Shown here one piece after another: positions 62,161 to 64,000 of a stretch of 64,000 bases of DNA; position 1 is the stretch's first letter, and every line of letters begins with the position of its first letter. This DNA comes from Raillietiella orientalis. Lineage: Eukaryota. The position numbers and the translations under genes were made by a program. The stretch is taken from contig JAYWIR010000111.1 of the NCBI GenBank assembly GCA_036172245.1, forward strand, positions 62,001-126,000. Reading direction: 5' to 3'. The notes beneath the pieces were generated by a model. The model was not told the origin of the DNA. It ran no database searches and saw only the letters and a list, made by a program, of their open reading frames with translations.

Positions 62161-64000
62161 GATGCGGATTTTTTATTCGTCTCTTTACGCCAGGGCGCCC
62201 CCGGATCAAGATGCTTCTCTGCGCTTGCTTCCGGAAGGTGTTTTAGCAATAGGAGAGGAAATGAGGTTAAGCATCGACGATCCTTTTGCCACTAGCGAAA
62301 TCCTCGCCGGAATCAAAAGACTCAATAGACGAAAAGCTCCAAAGAAAGACGGCCTGCCCGCGGAGTTCTTTCAGAGCTTCGCGAAAGAGCTGGCAACCCT
62401 GCTGCTTCAGGTGATCAGGCTGATCCGAGACGAAGGCGATGCTCCCGCCTTGTTTCGGTCAGCCAGAGTGAGGCTTCTTCGGAAAGGCCGAGACCTCAGG
62501 GATTTAAAGAACTGGCGTCCGATTACGTTTGTGAATACGGCCACGAAGTTACTATCAGGGCTATGAATTACGCGTCTGGGGCAGATGGCAGAATCCATAA
62601 TTAGCCCGGAGCAGACTTCTGCTGTTTCCGGGCGAAATATGAATGCCAACCTCTTCGCAAGCACATGGATGCACCTGCAGAGGAGGCGGAAGAAAGGGAA
62701 AGGGAAAATCGGCAACCCCACATTGGGGGCGCCAGCCGGGATGAAAAGGGAACCTCGGGCAAGGGAGTTGGCCCTAGCACTTGCAGTCGATCTCCATAAA
62801 GCGTTCGACTGTGTGGAGCAGGAACTCCTCTTAAAGCTCCTGGGTCGCACGGGCTTTTCACCCTTCTTGATTTCCTACCTGCGCTCTTCCAGGCGGAACG
62901 CAATACTCTCGATCTGTTTCAGCGGTCAAAAGCTGTATGGCGTGCCGGAGCCACAGAACAGAAAGCAGGGCAATAGTCTCAGTCCCCTGCTCTTTGGAAC
63001 CTACTTTGAGTTGGTGCTAAGAGCATATAAAGTGACTTTGGCTTCCTTGCCCAGCTCGTGCCCCGGCACGACCGCCGTAGCAGCCTATGCCGGCGACCGT
63101 CTACTCCTGTTACCAATGTCCATTTCGGCTAAGGCGGTCGAGGATTTCTTCGATCTGCTTGGCGGCGGGACCGGACTTCAGCTCAACAGGGCGAAGTCGT
63201 CGGTGGTGCCAATAGGTGCGGAGTGGGCAGGGCAGCAGTACTGAATCCGTTCGACGATCTCCACGGCCAGGTGCTTGAAATACCTTGGTGTGTCGTTAAA
63301 GGACTACTTTTATGCGGAAGCGTGGTCCAGCTGCCTCCAAAAGGTCGAATCGGCGATCGGCCCGTTCATGGAAGGCAGGTCTCAATTGCCGGAACGGGCC
63401 GCGGTTTGAAACCCCTTCGCGGCCTCTATCTTCCGCCTCTTGCTTTTTGTTTGCCACGCCCCCGGGAAATGCAAGAAGCGCACGAAGGACCTCCTCCGCA
63501 GAGCCTTTTGGGGCAAGGGGAGGCCCCGAGTGCCTCTGAAGGACTTGTGGGCTCCTCGTCGGGACGCCGTTCTTACCATCTGATTCTGAAGTGCGTGGTA
63601 AAACAGCGTCGTTAATGCAACTTTGCCATCGCAGCAAATATGTGGAGGATTTCTTGGTGCATCCCGCTCCGCCTCTTCGCCAGCCGTGTTCCCCGGTGCG
63701 AAGATCTGGCGTCTTTTTTTCTGTGCTCTGGCCGGAAGACTCGTTGATGTGGCCAGCTGCTACTGCGCATTGCAACCCTGTCGAAGGCGAAGAGCTGGAT
63801 GGCTCGTAGCTTCTCCAACTCCTCCGCCTGGATGCAGGAGAATGTCGGCACCTGGGCTAAGCTGAATCAGAGGTGCAATAACAATTCTAACTGCCTCCGA
63901 TACTGCATTTACATCTCTCGAGCTCTGCGAGAAATACTTGGATTTCCCGCGAGTTGCTCTTGGGCGGAGAGGACACCCCTCGCAACGACTATGCTTTTCT
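62161..64000 (+). mobile_element. A/C-type ORF2 RT fragment, degenerate, running off the window
   Basis: KAPKKDG, NWRPITF, DLHKAFD, PSSCPGTTAVAAYAGD and WGKGRPRVPLKDL. Confidence 0.88.

Overview
Eukaryotic genomic DNA. About 3.8-55.4 kb and 59.6-64 kb form a dense cluster of related non-LTR retrotransposons of the L1/Tx1 type. Their ORF1 carries two CX2CX4HX4C zinc knuckles; their ORF2 has an APE endonuclease, an RT with YADD and a C-terminal CCHC. At least six families can be separated (working labels A-H, mine), and every copy is a pseudogene. The main finding is that the families insert into each other at fixed coding positions. Family B (~5.9 kb) sits in the sense orientation just after the catalytic GDFN codons of the family A/D endonuclease, in three different host copies, with an 8-bp TSD (ATTTCAAT). 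Family A (~5.65 kb) sits antisense in the 'GFGxG' codons of ORF2 of C/F-type elements, with a 15-bp TSD, and builds a head-to-tail trimer there. An F-type element in turn interrupts a B copy, which suggests a cyclic element-on-element targeting network. All intact 3' ends share an AATAAA plus a GC-rich hairpin and lack a poly(A) tail. The A and B copies have precise, untruncated 5' ends. The flanks (1-3.7 kb and 55.5-59.6 kb) have no confidently identifiable genes.
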